A stretch of DNA of 32,000 nt from Dickeya dadantii NCPPB 898 (GCF_000406145.1 NZ_CM001976.1:2801337-2833336); one strand, 5' to 3'; numbered from the stretch's first letter, positions 1 to 10,394 are shown. Numbers and translations: made by a program. The notes: generated from the letters alone by a model not told the origin.

Positions 1-38
1 TGTACCGGACCACGGTCCGGTACAGGATTTTCGTTTCG
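1..38 (+). terminator. GC-rich hairpin plus T-rich tail at the window edge. Probably the terminator of an upstream + strand gene, possibly bidirectional for the LysR gene.
   Basis: TGTACCGGAC (1-10) pairs perfectly with GTCCGGTACA (15-24) around a 4-nt loop. It is followed by GGATTTTCGTTTCG. Confidence 0.55.
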
Positions 39-109
39 TGAGTTACCGCTGTCTCCCCGCCTGTTTGCTGTGCCTTCGCTGCTTTTCTTCACTCTCAATA
101 CCACTGCCG

Positions 110-1009
110 TTAGCGGTCCATCAGCCAGTACTGCGCCGCCTCAAAGAAATGCTGCGCCAGCATAGTCGCGCGCCCGGCCTCGGCGATCACCACCGCGCCG
201 TGACGCGGCATCGGCGTCAGCGCCAGCGGTCGCCAGGCCAGCTCCGGTGTCATCGCCGGCAACAAGCTGCCATTGGGCACAATGCCGCACCCCAGCCCGA
301 CAAATACGCTTTGCATTAATTGCAGCACCGACGCGCTTTCCACCCGTACCCGCGGCGTGATTGCCGCTTCGCGGAACTGGCTATCCAGATAGCGACGGAA
401 ATAACGGCTGGGTTCCGCCAGACACAGCGGAATCGTGGCGAGATCGGCCAACGCCAACGGACTGTCACCGTGCAGGCCAGGAAAGTGGCGCGGATGATAC
501 AGCAGCGATGCGCCCTGCTCCGCCAGCGACGACGCCTGAAAATGCAGCTCACGCAGCGTGGTCAGCTCGAAAAAACCGATCCCGACATCCACCGTGTGGG
601 CGGTAAGCGCTTCCAGCAACCGACCCGCGCTGAACAGCGATACCTGATAATCCATCTCCGGGTAAGCACGGCTGACCGCCGCCAGTAATTCTGGCAGCGC
701 CATGCTGCATTGCGGCACCGCGCCAATACGCAGCAGCCCACTGGTGCCGCGCGCAAGTGACGCCACTTCCAGTTTCAGCCCCTGATACACCGACACCATT
801 TCCCGCGCCCACGCCAGCACCCGCTCGCCTTCGGCGGTGAAGCCTTCAAAATTATTGCCCCGATTGATGAGCGACAGCCCCAGTTCCCGCTCCAGGTTCT
901 TCAGCCGCATCGACAGCGTCGGCTGGCTGACGAAGCTGGCCTCGGCCGCCCGGCCAAAATGGCGCTCTTTTTCCAGATTGCACAAATAGATAAGTTGCTT
1001 GATGTCCAT
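110..1009 (-). CDS. LysR-family transcriptional regulator
   Basis: N-terminal HTH typical of the LysR family (MDIKQLIYLCNLEKERHFGRAAEASFVSQPTLSMRLKNLERELG) followed by a substrate-binding domain of LysR length. The track ORF starts at TTG 1021. I prefer ATG 1009 because GGAG lies 6 nt upstream and the family typically starts MDIKQL. It is divergent from the ydeP-like gene. Confidence 0.85.
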   Translation of the reverse strand: MDIKQLIYLCNLEKERHFGRAAEASFVSQPTLSMRLKNLERELGLSLINRGNNFEGFTAEGERVLAWAREMVSVYQGLKLEVASLARGTSGLLRIGAVPQCSMALPELLAAVSRAYPEMDYQVSLFSAGRLLEALTAHTVDVGIGFFELTTLRELHFQASSLAEQGASLLYHPRHFPGLHGDSPLALADLATIPLCLAEPSRYFRRYLDSQFREAAITPRVRVESASVLQLMQSVFVGLGCGIVPNGSLLPAMTPELAWRPLALTPMPRHGAVVIAEAGRATMLAQHFFEAAQYWLMDR

Positions 1010-1208
1010 CAGCTTCTCCAACAGGGCAGGCCGCGCCAGTATACCATCCCCCTGCGTCAGAGATCGGCGTCGCGATAAACCGCCTCTATCTCACTATCAC
1101 CCCCCTTGATTAGACGCCATGCCACCCGCCGCCTACACTCTTGGTTAGCAAGCAAAGATTTAAAGATTTTTTTACATACTAAAAACATCATCACCTGCGT
1201 AGCGAATC

Positions 1209-3518
1209 ATGAAATTCAAATCTTCAATCAAGCCATACCGCGCCGCCGCGGGCGGCTGGGGCTCTCTTGAAGCCACCACCCGTTTTGTCCTGGACAGCAA
1301 ACAAGCGCTGAAAAATATCCGCAATTTGATGCGAGTCAATAAAAGCAAAGGATTCGACTGTCCCGGCTGCGCCTGGGGCGACGACAACAGCAGCACCTTC
1401 AGTTTTTGTGAAAACGGCGCCAAGGCGGTCAGTTGGGAAGCGACGCGCAAAGCCGCCGGGCCGGATTTCTTCGCCGAACACAGCGTCAGCACGTTGCGCC
1501 GCCAGAGCGACTATTTTCTTGAGTATCAGGGCCGGCTGACCCACCCGTTGCGCTACGATCGTGACAGCGACCACTATGTGCCGATCGACTGGGACGAAGC
1601 CTTCACGCTAATCGCCCGTCATATCCGCGAACTGGACCATCCTAATCAGATGGAGCTCTATACTTCCGGTCGCGCCAGTAATGAAGCGTCTTATCTGTAT
1701 CAGCTGTTCGGCCGTATGGTCGGCACCAACAATTTTCCCGACTGTTCCAACATGTGTCATGAAGCCAGCGGCACCGGGCTGAAACAGAGCATCGGCGTCG
1801 GTAAAGGCACGGTACGATTAGCGGATTTCGAATACGCCGACGCCATTTTCGTGTTCGGCCAGAACCCCGGCACCAACCACCCGCGTATGTTGCACAGCCT
1901 GCGTCATGCCGCCGATCGCGGCGCGCATATCGTGGCGTTCAACACCTTGCGCGAGCGCGGTCTGGAACGCTTCGCCAACCCGCAAAACCCGCTGGAACTG
2001 CTGACGCCGCTGTCCGGCGCCATTAGCGAAACTTACCTGCAACCCAATTTGGGCGGCGATATGGCGGCGGTGCGCGGCATGGTGAAAGCGCTGCTGGAAA
2101 CCCACCGCCAGCGGCTGGCGGCAGGCGAAGCGGGATTGTTCGATCAGGCATTTATCGACCAGTATACCGATGGCGTGGCGGCGTATTTGCAACAGGTGGA
2201 CGCCACCCCGTGGGACAACATCGTGCGGCAGTCCGGGCTGAGTGAAGCGCAGATCCGCTACGTCGCCGGCATTTACCAGCAGTCCGACCGGGTGATCTGC
2301 ACCTGGGCGATGGGCATCACCCAGCACCGGCATTCGGTCGCGACGGTGCGGGAAATCGTCAATCTGCAGCTGTTGTTCGGCCAGCTCGGCAAGCCGGGCG
2401 CCGGTCTGTGCCCGGTGCGCGGCCACAGCAACGTACAGGGCAACCGCACCATGGGGATCGATGAGAAACCCGCCGACGCGCTGCTCGACAGCCTGGCGCG
2501 TCACTTCGGCTTTACCCCACCGCGCGGCCACGGCCACAACACCGTACAGGCGTTGGAAGCGATGCTGCGTGATGAAATCCGGGTGCTGATCGCGCTGGGC
2601 GGCAACCTGGCCGCCGCCGCGCCGGATACCGACCGCACCGCACAGGCGCTGAGCCGTTGCGGCCTGACGGTGCACATCAGCACCAAGCTCAACCGCAGCC
2701 ACCTGATTACCGCACGGCAAGATACGCTGATTCTGCCGACGCTGGGCCGCACCGAACGGGACATGCAGGCCAGCGGCCCGCAGTTTGTAACCGTTGAAGA
2801 CTCATTCAGCATGGTGCATGCCTCGGAAGGCATCAGCCCACCGCTGTCGGCTCAGCAGCGCTCGGAAACCGCCATCGTCGCCGGCATCGCCCACGCGGTG
2901 CTGGGGCGCGACCACCTCGACTGGCTGGCGCTGGCCGCCGACTATAACCTGATCCGCGACCACATCGCCGCCACCCTGCCGGGCTTCGCCGACTTCAATC
3001 AGCGCTGCGCCGAGCCGGGCGGCTTCTGGCTCGGCAACGCGGCGGCGGCGTATCGATTCAACACCGCTACCGGCCATGCACGTTTTGGCGACGCACCGCT
3101 GCCGGACAGCGTGGTGCCGGTTTCCGGCGATGCGCCCGCACCGTTCACGCTGCAAACCTTGCGCTCCCACGACCAGTACAACACCACTATTTATGGGCTG
3201 GATGACCGCTACCGCGGCGTGTACGGCCAGCGCGACGTACTGTTCATGCACCCGAAGGATATCGCCGCGCTCGGGTTGCGGGACGGCGATCGGGTGGATA
3301 TCGAAACCCTGTGGCATGACCATATCGAGCGCAAAGTCACCGGTTTCCGGCTGGTCGGCTACAACATCCCACGCGGCAATCTGGCGGCCTACTACCCGGA
3401 AACCAACCCGCTGGTGCCGCTGTCCAGCTATGGCGAAGGCACCTTCACGCCAACCTCCAAATCGGTGCCGGTGCGCATTACGCCCAGTGAGACGGTAGCG
3501 CTGCAACGTATCGCCTGA
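1209..3518 (+). CDS. YdeP/FdhF-family molybdopterin oxidoreductase (substrate unknown)
   Basis: 769 aa, collinear with my recollection of E. coli YdeP. Shared motifs include GFDCPGCAWGD, FCENGAKA, FPDCSNMCHE, GQNPGTNHPRM, GITQH, RGHSNVQG, TKLNRSH and RSHDQYNTTIYG. Confidence 0.85.
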   Translation: MKFKSSIKPYRAAAGGWGSLEATTRFVLDSKQALKNIRNLMRVNKSKGFDCPGCAWGDDNSSTFSFCENGAKAVSWEATRKAAGPDFFAEHSVSTLRRQSDYFLEYQGRLTHPLRYDRDSDHYVPIDWDEAFTLIARHIRELDHPNQMELYTSGRASNEASYLYQLFGRMVGTNNFPDCSNMCHEASGTGLKQSIGVGKGTVRLADFEYADAIFVFGQNPGTNHPRMLHSLRHAADRGAHIVAFNTLRERGLERFANPQNPLELLTPLSGAISETYLQPNLGGDMAAVRGMVKALLETHRQRLAAGEAGLFDQAFIDQYTDGVAAYLQQVDATPWDNIVRQSGLSEAQIRYVAGIYQQSDRVICTWAMGITQHRHSVATVREIVNLQLLFGQLGKPGAGLCPVRGHSNVQGNRTMGIDEKPADALLDSLARHFGFTPPRGHGHNTVQALEAMLRDEIRVLIALGGNLAAAAPDTDRTAQALSRCGLTVHISTKLNRSHLITARQDTLILPTLGRTERDMQASGPQFVTVEDSFSMVHASEGISPPLSAQQRSETAIVAGIAHAVLGRDHLDWLALAADYNLIRDHIAATLPGFADFNQRCAEPGGFWLGNAAAAYRFNTATGHARFGDAPLPDSVVPVSGDAPAPFTLQTLRSHDQYNTTIYGLDDRYRGVYGQRDVLFMHPKDIAALGLRDGDRVDIETLWHDHIERKVTGFRLVGYNIPRGNLAAYYPETNPLVPLSSYGEGTFTPTSKSVPVRITPSETVALQRIA

Positions 3519-3522
3519 TGCA

Positions 3523-3555
3523 CGGGCCGGGTGGGTTCTTTTCGCACCCGGCCCG
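3523..3555 (+). terminator. Stem-loop after the ydeP-like gene (possible terminator or REP-like hairpin)
   Basis: CGGGCCGGGTG (3523-3533) pairs with CACCCGGCCCG (3545-3555) around an 11-nt loop. There is no clear T-tract afterwards. Confidence 0.4.
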
Positions 3556-3685
3556 GCAATATATTCCCATCAATACGGGTGACGATGGATCTTCCCATCC
3601 CCGCCGAACAACGCTTGCCGCCAGCGGCCGATTCGCGTAAAACTGTCTGCCGCTAAAGCCACTATTAACCGCAATTCTGGACGCT

Positions 3686-5617
3686 ATGTTTCAAGACAAT
3701 CCGCTGCTTGCGCAGCTTAAACAGCAACTCCACTCTCAGACGCCGCGAGCGGAAGGCATCGTAAAAGCCACCGACAAGGGATTCGGTTTTCTTGAAGCCG
3801 ACGGGCAGAAGAGCTATTTCATCCCGCCGCCGCACATGAAGAAAGTGATGCACGGCGACCGTATCATCGCCGCGCTGCATACCGAGAAAGAGCGCGAAAT
3901 CGCCGAGCCGGAAACGCTGGTGGAACCGTTCCTGACCCGCTTTGTCGGGCGGGTACAGAAAAAAGACGACCGTCTGTCCATCGTGCCGGACCACCCGCTG
4001 CTGAAAGACGCCATTCCCTGCCGCCCGGCGCGCGAAGTCGAGCAGGATTTTAAAGAAGGCGACTGGGCGGTAGCGGAAATGCGCCGTCATCCGCTGAAAG
4101 GCGACCGCGGTTTTTTTGCCGATCTGACTCACTACATCACCACCGGCGACGACCCGCTGGCGCCCTGGTGGGTGACGCTGTCGCGTCATAACCTGGAGCG
4201 CATCGCGCCGGACGCGGACGCCGCCGAACTCGACGACGGCCAGCTTGAACGCGAAGACCTGACCGGGCTGGATTTTGTCACCATCGACAGCGCCAGCACC
4301 GAAGATATGGATGACGCGCTGTATGTGCAGGACAACGGCGACGGCACGCTGGAGATGACGGTGGCGATCGCCGATCCGACCGCCTACGTACGCGCCGACA
4401 GTGAGCTGGACGCTATCGCCCGCCAGCGCGCGTTCACCAACTACCTGCCCGGCTTCAATATTCCGATGCTGCCGCGCCACCTGTCTGACGATATCTGCTC
4501 GCTGCGCCCGAACGAACGCCGTCCGGTGCTGGCCTGCCGCATGACAATTGCCGCCGACGGCGCGCTGAGCCAGATTCGGTTCTTTGCCGCCTGGATCGAG
4601 TCGCGCGCCAAACTGGTGTACGACGAGGTGTCTAACTGGCTGGAGCAACAAGGCGACTGGCAGCCGGAAAGCGATAATATCGCCGACCAGATCCGTCTGC
4701 TGCACCGCGTGTGTCAGGCCCGCAGCGCCTGGCGTACTACCCATGCACTGGTGTTCCGCGACCGTCCGGATTACCGCTTCCTGCTGGGTGAAAAAGGCGA
4801 GGTGCTGGATATCGTCACCGAACCGCGCCGCATCGCCAACCGCATCGTGGAAGAAGCGATGATCGCCGCCAACGTCTGCGCGGCGCAGGTATTGCGCGAC
4901 GAGCTGGGTTTTGGCATCTACAACGTCCACAACGGTTTCGACCCGGTCAGCATTGAACAGGCGGTGGCGGTACTGGAAAGCAACGGTATTCAGGCCGACG
5001 CCCAGCAACTGCTGACGTTGGACGGTTTCTGCGTTCTGCGCCGCGAGCTGGACGCCCAGCCGACCCAGTTCCTCGACAGCCGTATTCGCCGCTTCCAGAC
5101 GTTTGCGGAAATCAGCACCGCGCCCGGCCCGCACTTTGGTTTGGGGCTGGAAGCTTACGCCACCTGGACCTCGCCGATCCGTAAATACGGCGATATGGTC
5201 AACCACCGGTTGCTGAAAGCGATCATTACGCATACCCCGGCGGAAAAACCGCAGGACGACGTGACGCTGCAACTGGCCGAACGTCGCCGCCTCAACCGGA
5301 TGGCGGAGCGCGACGTCAGCGACTGGCTGTACGCCCGTTTCCTGAAAGATAAAGCCGGCACCGACGCCCGCTTTACCGGTGAGATTATGGACGTTAACCG
5401 CGGCGGTCTGCGCGTACGCCTGCTGGAAAACGGCGCTACCGCCTTTATTCCAGCCTCGTTCATTCACGCGGTGCGCGACGAACTGGTGTGCAGTCAGGAC
5501 ACCGGCATCGTCACGGTGAAAGGCGAACCGGTCTACCGCCAGAGCGATACCCTGACGGTGATGCTGATCGAGGTGCGGCTTGAGACCCGCAGCATCATCG
5601 CCAAACCGGCGGCCTGA
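3686..5617 (+). CDS. rnb: Exoribonuclease II (RNase II)
   Basis: 643 aa, near-collinear with E. coli Rnb from [24 protein letters not shown] to the C-terminal S1 domain ([11 protein letters not shown]). Confidence 0.95.
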   Translation: MFQDNPLLAQLKQQLHSQTPRAEGIVKATDKGFGFLEADGQKSYFIPPPHMKKVMHGDRIIAALHTEKEREIAEPETLVEPFLTRFVGRVQKKDDRLSIVPDHPLLKDAIPCRPAREVEQDFKEGDWAVAEMRRHPLKGDRGFFADLTHYITTGDDPLAPWWVTLSRHNLERIAPDADAAELDDGQLEREDLTGLDFVTIDSASTEDMDDALYVQDNGDGTLEMTVAIADPTAYVRADSELDAIARQRAFTNYLPGFNIPMLPRHLSDDICSLRPNERRPVLACRMTIAADGALSQIRFFAAWIESRAKLVYDEVSNWLEQQGDWQPESDNIADQIRLLHRVCQARSAWRTTHALVFRDRPDYRFLLGEKGEVLDIVTEPRRIANRIVEEAMIAANVCAAQVLRDELGFGIYNVHNGFDPVSIEQAVAVLESNGIQADAQQLLTLDGFCVLRRELDAQPTQFLDSRIRRFQTFAEISTAPGPHFGLGLEAYATWTSPIRKYGDMVNHRLLKAIITHTPAEKPQDDVTLQLAERRRLNRMAERDVSDWLYARFLKDKAGTDARFTGEIMDVNRGGLRVRLLENGATAFIPASFIHAVRDELVCSQDTGIVTVKGEPVYRQSDTLTVMLIEVRLETRSIIAKPAA

Positions 5618-5631
5618 TTCGCGCCAGTCCC

Positions 5632-5660
5632 ACGCCACCCAGTCGGGTGGCGTTTTTTTA
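5632..5660 (+). terminator. Rho-independent terminator of rnb
   Basis: ACGCCACCC (5632-5640) pairs with GGGTGGCGT (5645-5653) around a 4-nt loop. A run of T follows directly. Confidence 0.85.
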
Positions 5661-5720
5661 TCGTCGGAACGCCTGTCGACCCTCCCCTACAAGAGATAAC
5701 GGCATAACGGAGATGTGAAC

Positions 5721-6638
5721 ATGAAAAGAATCACACTGGGAAAAAGCACCCTGTCGGTCCCGAACATTGCGCTGGGCTGTATGCGGCTGGCGGGTAAGAC
5801 GCAGCAGGAAGCGGTAACCTTGTTACAGACGGCGCTCGACGCCGGGATCGATTTCTTTGACCATGCCGATATCTACGGCGGCGGGTGTTCCGAAGAGATG
5901 TTCGCCGCCGCGGTACGCCAGGCCGGTATCGCCCGCGACCAACTGTTGATTCAAAGTAAATGCGGTATTCGCCCCGGCTTTTTCGATTTTTCCAAAGCGC
6001 ACATTATCGCTGCGGTGGAAGGCAGCCTGAAACGCCTGAACACCGATTACCTTGATACCCTGCTGCTGCACCGCCCGGACACGCTGTGCGAGCCGGATGA
6101 AGTCGCCGCCGCGTTTGACGAGCTGGAAGCCAGCGGCAAGGTGCGCCATTTTGGCGTCAGCAACCAGCATCCATTACAGGTCGAATTGCTGAAAACCGCG
6201 GTGCGCCAGCCGCTGCTCGCCAACCAGTTGCAGCTCAGCATCATGCACACGCCGATGATCGACGCCGGCCTCAACGTCAACATGACCCACGCGCCGTCAC
6301 TCCATCACGACGGCATGGTGCTGGAATACAGCCGTTTGCAGGGAATGACCATTCAGGCGTGGTCGCCGTTTCAGTACGGTTTTTTTGACGGCGTGTTTGT
6401 GGATAACGACAAGTTTCCGCAACTGAACGCCACCCTGAACCACATCGCCAGCCAGCACGGCGTGTCCACTACCGCCCTCGCCGCGGCCTGGATTTTGCGT
6501 CACCCGGCCAGCATGCAGGTGATCGTCGGCAGTATGGACCCGCACCGTCTGCAAGACATCGCCACCGCTTCCGAACTGCGTATCAGCCGCGAAGAGTGGT
6601 ACGAAATTTACCGTGCCGCCGGCAACAAACTGCCCTGA
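5721..6638 (+). CDS. Aldo/keto reductase (YdhF-like family)
   Basis: AKR signatures are present (DHADIYGGG, LLLHRPD, GKVRHFGVSN). The track start is GTG 5715. ATG 5721 is preferred because GGAG at 5709-5712 lies 8 nt upstream. Confidence 0.8.
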   Translation: MKRITLGKSTLSVPNIALGCMRLAGKTQQEAVTLLQTALDAGIDFFDHADIYGGGCSEEMFAAAVRQAGIARDQLLIQSKCGIRPGFFDFSKAHIIAAVEGSLKRLNTDYLDTLLLHRPDTLCEPDEVAAAFDELEASGKVRHFGVSNQHPLQVELLKTAVRQPLLANQLQLSIMHTPMIDAGLNVNMTHAPSLHHDGMVLEYSRLQGMTIQAWSPFQYGFFDGVFVDNDKFPQLNATLNHIASQHGVSTTALAAAWILRHPASMQVIVGSMDPHRLQDIATASELRISREEWYEIYRAAGNKLP

Positions 6639-6645
6639 TATCCCC

Positions 6646-6663
6646 GCCCGGCTCGCGCCGGGC
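6646..6663 (+). terminator. Weak hairpin after the aldo/keto reductase
   Basis: GCCCGGC (6646-6652) pairs with GCCGGGC (6657-6663) around loop TCGC. Only a short TT follows. Confidence 0.3.
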
Positions 6664-6964
6664 TTGCCCTCTCCACGCGGTCGCGCGCTTTCGCCCTGAC
6701 GGCAGTTGATTCAACCGATACCGACATCCTATGGCATCACCACGCGCCGACTGCCCTTCCTGCCGAGGAAACCGGCGAAAAACCTTTTTCATAACAAAAA
6801 TATAGCTTTGTTCACATTTTTGTCTTGTTCTGGCTACGCTGGCTAACCGCTGCACTATGTTGTCTATGATGCCCCGGTGTTTATGATGCCTCGCGTTATC
6901 CGTTTCGTCGTAAAGCGGCACCGTTGCGGGCAGGTGGAATGACAACCAGTCAGGAGTCAGTGAG

Positions 6965-9031
6965 ATGAAAACCATCAAAAACATGTCGATCTGGATTGCC
7001 GTAGCCATCGCGGGCGCCGTGGCATTCGCTATGCTGGCCCTGAGCCAGGGTGAGCATGTGAACGCCGTCTGGCTGGTGATCGCGGCTGTCGCCTGTTATA
7101 GCATCGCTTACCGCTTCTATAGTCTGTTTATTGCGCGCCGGGTGTTTGAACTGGATGACCGCCGTCTTACTCCCGCCGAGCGCCGCAACGACGGGCTGGA
7201 TTATGTCCCCACCAACAAGTGGGTATTGTTCGGCCACCATTTTGCCGCCATCGCCGGCGCCGGCCCGCTGGTGGGGCCGATCTTGGCCGCACAGATGGGC
7301 TTTCTGCCGGGAACGCTGTGGATTCTGATTGGCGTCATGCTGGCCGGCGCGGTGCAGGATTTTCTGGTGCTGTTTATCTCCACCCGGCGCGACGGCCGCT
7401 CGTTGGGCGAAATGGCGCGTCAGGAATTAGGTTCTTTCGCCGGCGTGGTGACCATGCTAGGGGCGCTGGGCGTCATGATCATCATCCTGTCGGCGCTGGC
7501 GCTGGTGGTGGTCAAAGCGTTGGCCAACAGCCCGTGGGGAATGTTCACGATCGCCGCCACCATCCCGATTGCGCTGTTCATGGGCGTCTATATGCGATTC
7601 CTGCGGCCGGGCAAGATTGCCGAAGTGTCGCTGATCGGTTTTGTGCTGATGATGATGGCGATTGTTTACGGCGGCGACATCGCCGCGCATCCCTACTGGG
7701 GACCGTTCTTTACCCTCAAGGGCACGACGTTGACCTGGGTGCTGGTGATTTACGGATTTGTCGCCTCGGTGCTGCCGGTGTGGCTGCTGCTGGCGCCGCG
7801 TGACTACCTGTCCACGTTCCTGAAGATCGGCGTTATCGTCGGGCTGGCGATCGGTATCCTGTTTGCCATGCCGGAGCTGAAAATGCCCGCCGTTTCGCGC
7901 TTTATCGACGGCAGCGGACCGGTGTTCTCCGGCAGCCTGTTCCCATTCCTGTTTATCACCATCGCCTGCGGCGCTATCTCCGGCTTCCATGCGCTGGTAT
8001 CCAGCGGCACCACGCCCAAACTGGTCGAACGCGAAAGTCATATCCGTTTTATCGGTTACGGCGCCATGTTGATGGAATCCTTCGTGGCGATCATGGCGCT
8101 GATTTGCGCCTCGGTGATCGACCCCGGCGTCTACTTCGCCATGAACGCGCCGGCCGCGCTGATTGGCACTACCGTGGAAAACGCCGCGCAGGTGATCAGC
8201 GGGTGGGGTTTCGTTATTACGCCGGATGATTTGACCAACATCGCCAAAGACGTGGGCGAAACGTCGATTTTGTCCCGCGCCGGCGGCGCGCCGACCTTTG
8301 CCGTCGGCATGGCGCATATCATCACGGAAATCTTCAACAGCCGGGCCATGATGGCGTTCTGGTATCACTTTGCCATTCTGTTCGAAGCGCTGTTTATTCT
8401 TACCGCCGTGGACGCCGGTACTCGCGCCTGCCGGTTCATGGTGCAGGATCTGGCCGGGCTGGTGGTGCCGAACATGGGCAAGAGCCACTCCTGGCTGGGT
8501 AATATGGCCGGGACTACCGTGGCGGTGGCCGGTTGGGGATTCTTCGTCTATCAGGGCGTGATCGACCCGCTGGGCGGCATCAACACGCTGTGGCCGCTGT
8601 TCGGCATCGGTAACCAGATGCTGGCGTCGATGGCGCTGATTCTCGGCACCGTGGTGTTGTTTAAAATGAAGAAACAGCGTTACGCCTGGGTGACGATACT
8701 GCCTACCGCCTGGCTGTTCATCACCTCGATGACCGCCGGCTGGCAGAAGATTTTCCACGAAAAAACCAGCATCGGTTTTCTGGCGCAGGCCAGGCGTTTC
8801 TCGGCCGGTATTGAATCCGGCACGCTGATCGCTCCGGCGAAAAACATGCAGGACATGGCGACCATCGTGTTCAGCAACCAGATTAACGCCATCCTGTGCG
8901 GCTTCTTCATGCTGGTCGCCGTCACCATGCTGGTCGCCGCGTTCTTCGCCATACGTCGCGCGCAGCGCAGCGACATACCCACCACGCACGAAACGACGGC
9001 GGCATGGCGTCAGGAGGCGCATAACGGCTGA
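6965..9031 (+). CDS. cstA: Carbon starvation protein A family transporter (CstA/BtsT-type peptide/pyruvate transporter)
   Basis: 688 aa polytopic membrane protein. It carries CstA hallmarks: NDGLDYVPTNKWVLFGHHFAAIAGAGPLVGPILAAQMGFLPG and LFISTRRDGRSLGEMA. AGGAG lies 9 nt upstream of the ATG. Confidence 0.9.
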   Translation: MKTIKNMSIWIAVAIAGAVAFAMLALSQGEHVNAVWLVIAAVACYSIAYRFYSLFIARRVFELDDRRLTPAERRNDGLDYVPTNKWVLFGHHFAAIAGAGPLVGPILAAQMGFLPGTLWILIGVMLAGAVQDFLVLFISTRRDGRSLGEMARQELGSFAGVVTMLGALGVMIIILSALALVVVKALANSPWGMFTIAATIPIALFMGVYMRFLRPGKIAEVSLIGFVLMMMAIVYGGDIAAHPYWGPFFTLKGTTLTWVLVIYGFVASVLPVWLLLAPRDYLSTFLKIGVIVGLAIGILFAMPELKMPAVSRFIDGSGPVFSGSLFPFLFITIACGAISGFHALVSSGTTPKLVERESHIRFIGYGAMLMESFVAIMALICASVIDPGVYFAMNAPAALIGTTVENAAQVISGWGFVITPDDLTNIAKDVGETSILSRAGGAPTFAVGMAHIITEIFNSRAMMAFWYHFAILFEALFILTAVDAGTRACRFMVQDLAGLVVPNMGKSHSWLGNMAGTTVAVAGWGFFVYQGVIDPLGGINTLWPLFGIGNQMLASMALILGTVVLFKMKKQRYAWVTILPTAWLFITSMTAGWQKIFHEKTSIGFLAQARRFSAGIESGTLIAPAKNMQDMATIVFSNQINAILCGFFMLVAVTMLVAAFFAIRRAQRSDIPTTHETTAAWRQEAHNG

Positions 9032-9098
9032 CAGCCATATTCGTCAGTGCGGATGCCTCCATTACCGAACGACATGAAATGGCACTATCATCGCTGGC

Positions 9099-9131
9099 GT
9101 TCACACCTCCCCCGTAAAGGGAGGTGTGAAC
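9099..9131. terminator. Bidirectional hairpin between convergent cstA and kdgT
   Basis: A perfect 13-bp stem: GTTCACACCTCCC (9099-9111) pairs with GGGAGGTGTGAAC (9119-9131) around a 7-nt loop. Confidence 0.7.
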
Positions 9132-9136
9132 GCTAT

Positions 9137-10153
9137 TTAATGATGCGCCGCCCGCTGTTGCTCAGCCTTCTCTTCCACCGCGTCTTCCTTAGGCACGGTG
9201 CCATCGCCGCCTTTAACGCGTTTTGACCACATCGCGGTGATGATCGGCACCAAAACAGAGGTGACAATCACCGATGTCGCCACCAGCGTAGTTGCCGCCG
9301 GCGCCACCGGCTTAAACGCCGGGACCATTTCCGCAATCAGCACCGGCGTCGCCACTGCCGCGCCCGCCGAACTGGACGCAGCGATGCCCGCGGTCCCATC
9401 ACCGCCGCCCAATACCTTGTCCGCCACGATCAGCGGAATACCGGTAATAATGATCACCGAAATTCCCAGCAATACCCCCAGCAGCCCGGTTTGACCAATG
9501 ACGCTCAGATCGATGGTATTGCCGAGCGCGAAGGCAAAGAACGGGATCAGCGTCTGTACCGCACGGCTGAAAAAGTCGCGTAATTCCGGATCGAGATTCC
9601 CCAGCGCAAACCCCACCAGAAACGGCAGCACCGCGCCGACAAACACATGCGGCTCAAACGAGGCGATGCCGGCGGTGCCGAGAATCACCATGGTCATCAA
9701 CGGACCGGATTCCAGCGACATCAGTACGAACGCGCCCGACTCCTCTTTAGTGCCATACTGCTGCATGATCGAGGCGTACAGACCGCCGTTGGTCATGTCC
9801 ATCGCCGCCACCAACGCCAGCGTGGATAACCCGGCAAAAAATCCCACTTCAACCCCGTTTTCCGGCAAAATACGCGAAGCCACCGCCGCCACCACCCAGG
9901 CTACGGCAATTTTCGTCACTACCAGCGTGCCGGATTTACGCAGCACCGTTCCGGTGGCGCTCAGCCGAATCGATGCACCCATACAGAAGAACCACACCGC
10001 CAGAATCGGCACCGTGCCGCTGATCAAACCGTTGGTAAAGGACCCGAAATACTTGCCTGCACCCGGCGCAAAGGTATGGCACAGCGCGCCGAGGAATAAC
10101 GGCACCAGCATCATGCCACCCGGAATCTTTTCGATAGAACGCTTGATATGCAT
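9137..10153 (-). CDS. kdgT: 2-keto-3-deoxygluconate permease
   Basis: Collinear with E. coli KdgT from [28 protein letters not shown] onward. The track ORF extends to GTG 10204 (355 aa). The start homologous to E. coli is ATG 10153 (338 aa). The start remains ambiguous; see the finding on the leader. Confidence 0.9.
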   Translation of the reverse strand: MHIKRSIEKIPGGMMLVPLFLGALCHTFAPGAGKYFGSFTNGLISGTVPILAVWFFCMGASIRLSATGTVLRKSGTLVVTKIAVAWVVAAVASRILPENGVEVGFFAGLSTLALVAAMDMTNGGLYASIMQQYGTKEESGAFVLMSLESGPLMTMVILGTAGIASFEPHVFVGAVLPFLVGFALGNLDPELRDFFSRAVQTLIPFFAFALGNTIDLSVIGQTGLLGVLLGISVIIITGIPLIVADKVLGGGDGTAGIAASSSAGAAVATPVLIAEMVPAFKPVAPAATTLVATSVIVTSVLVPIITAMWSKRVKGGDGTVPKEDAVEEKAEQQRAAHH

Positions 10154-10157
10154 AGAT

Positions 10158-10211
10158 TCATTGCCTGAAAAAGGGACAGAAACCATGAGCAATACGGACG
10201 CCACCCATCAT
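10158..10211 (-). CDS. Candidate 17-codon upstream ORF / leader peptide ([17 protein letters not shown])
   Basis: GAGGAGG (10221-10215) lies 3 nt before ATGATG. The TGA stop ends 4 nt before the kdgT ATG, in a different frame from kdgT. No homology evidence. Confidence 0.25.
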   Translation of the reverse strand: MMGGVRIAHGFCPFFRQ

Positions 10212-10394
10212 GATCCTCCTCATAATGGGATACCGACCGTTCAGCCCACCCGAAGGCCGGACTGCGCCACATCCATGCACATGCGTCGCCTGTATGACAA
10301 TGAAGAAAACGACTCCTGGGGGACACAGCCCATCCACTTCTCATTGCTGAAGGTAGTCGTTTAGCCGGAAGAGAAAAGTGATCGCTTGCAAACA

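Noticed and set aside
3665-5638. 657-aa ORF on the minus strand spanning the whole of rnb
   Set aside because: It is exactly antisense to a gene with end-to-end RNase II homology. Its translation is Arg/Gly/His/Gln/Val-rich low-information sequence with no recognisable domain. Long antisense ORFs are expected in GC-rich coding DNA.
6801-6816. CRP site upstream of cstA (TATAG-CTTTGT-TCACA)
   Set aside because: Only the TCACA half-site matches. The other half matches 2 of 5 positions. This is not enough to call, even though cstA is CRP-dependent in E. coli.
7457-9022. 521-aa minus-strand ORF (plus several 60-190 aa ORFs) inside cstA
   Set aside because: It is antisense or out of frame relative to a clear CstA homologue. 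The composition is extremely Arg/His/Gly/Gln-rich and it has no SD. It is a GC artefact.
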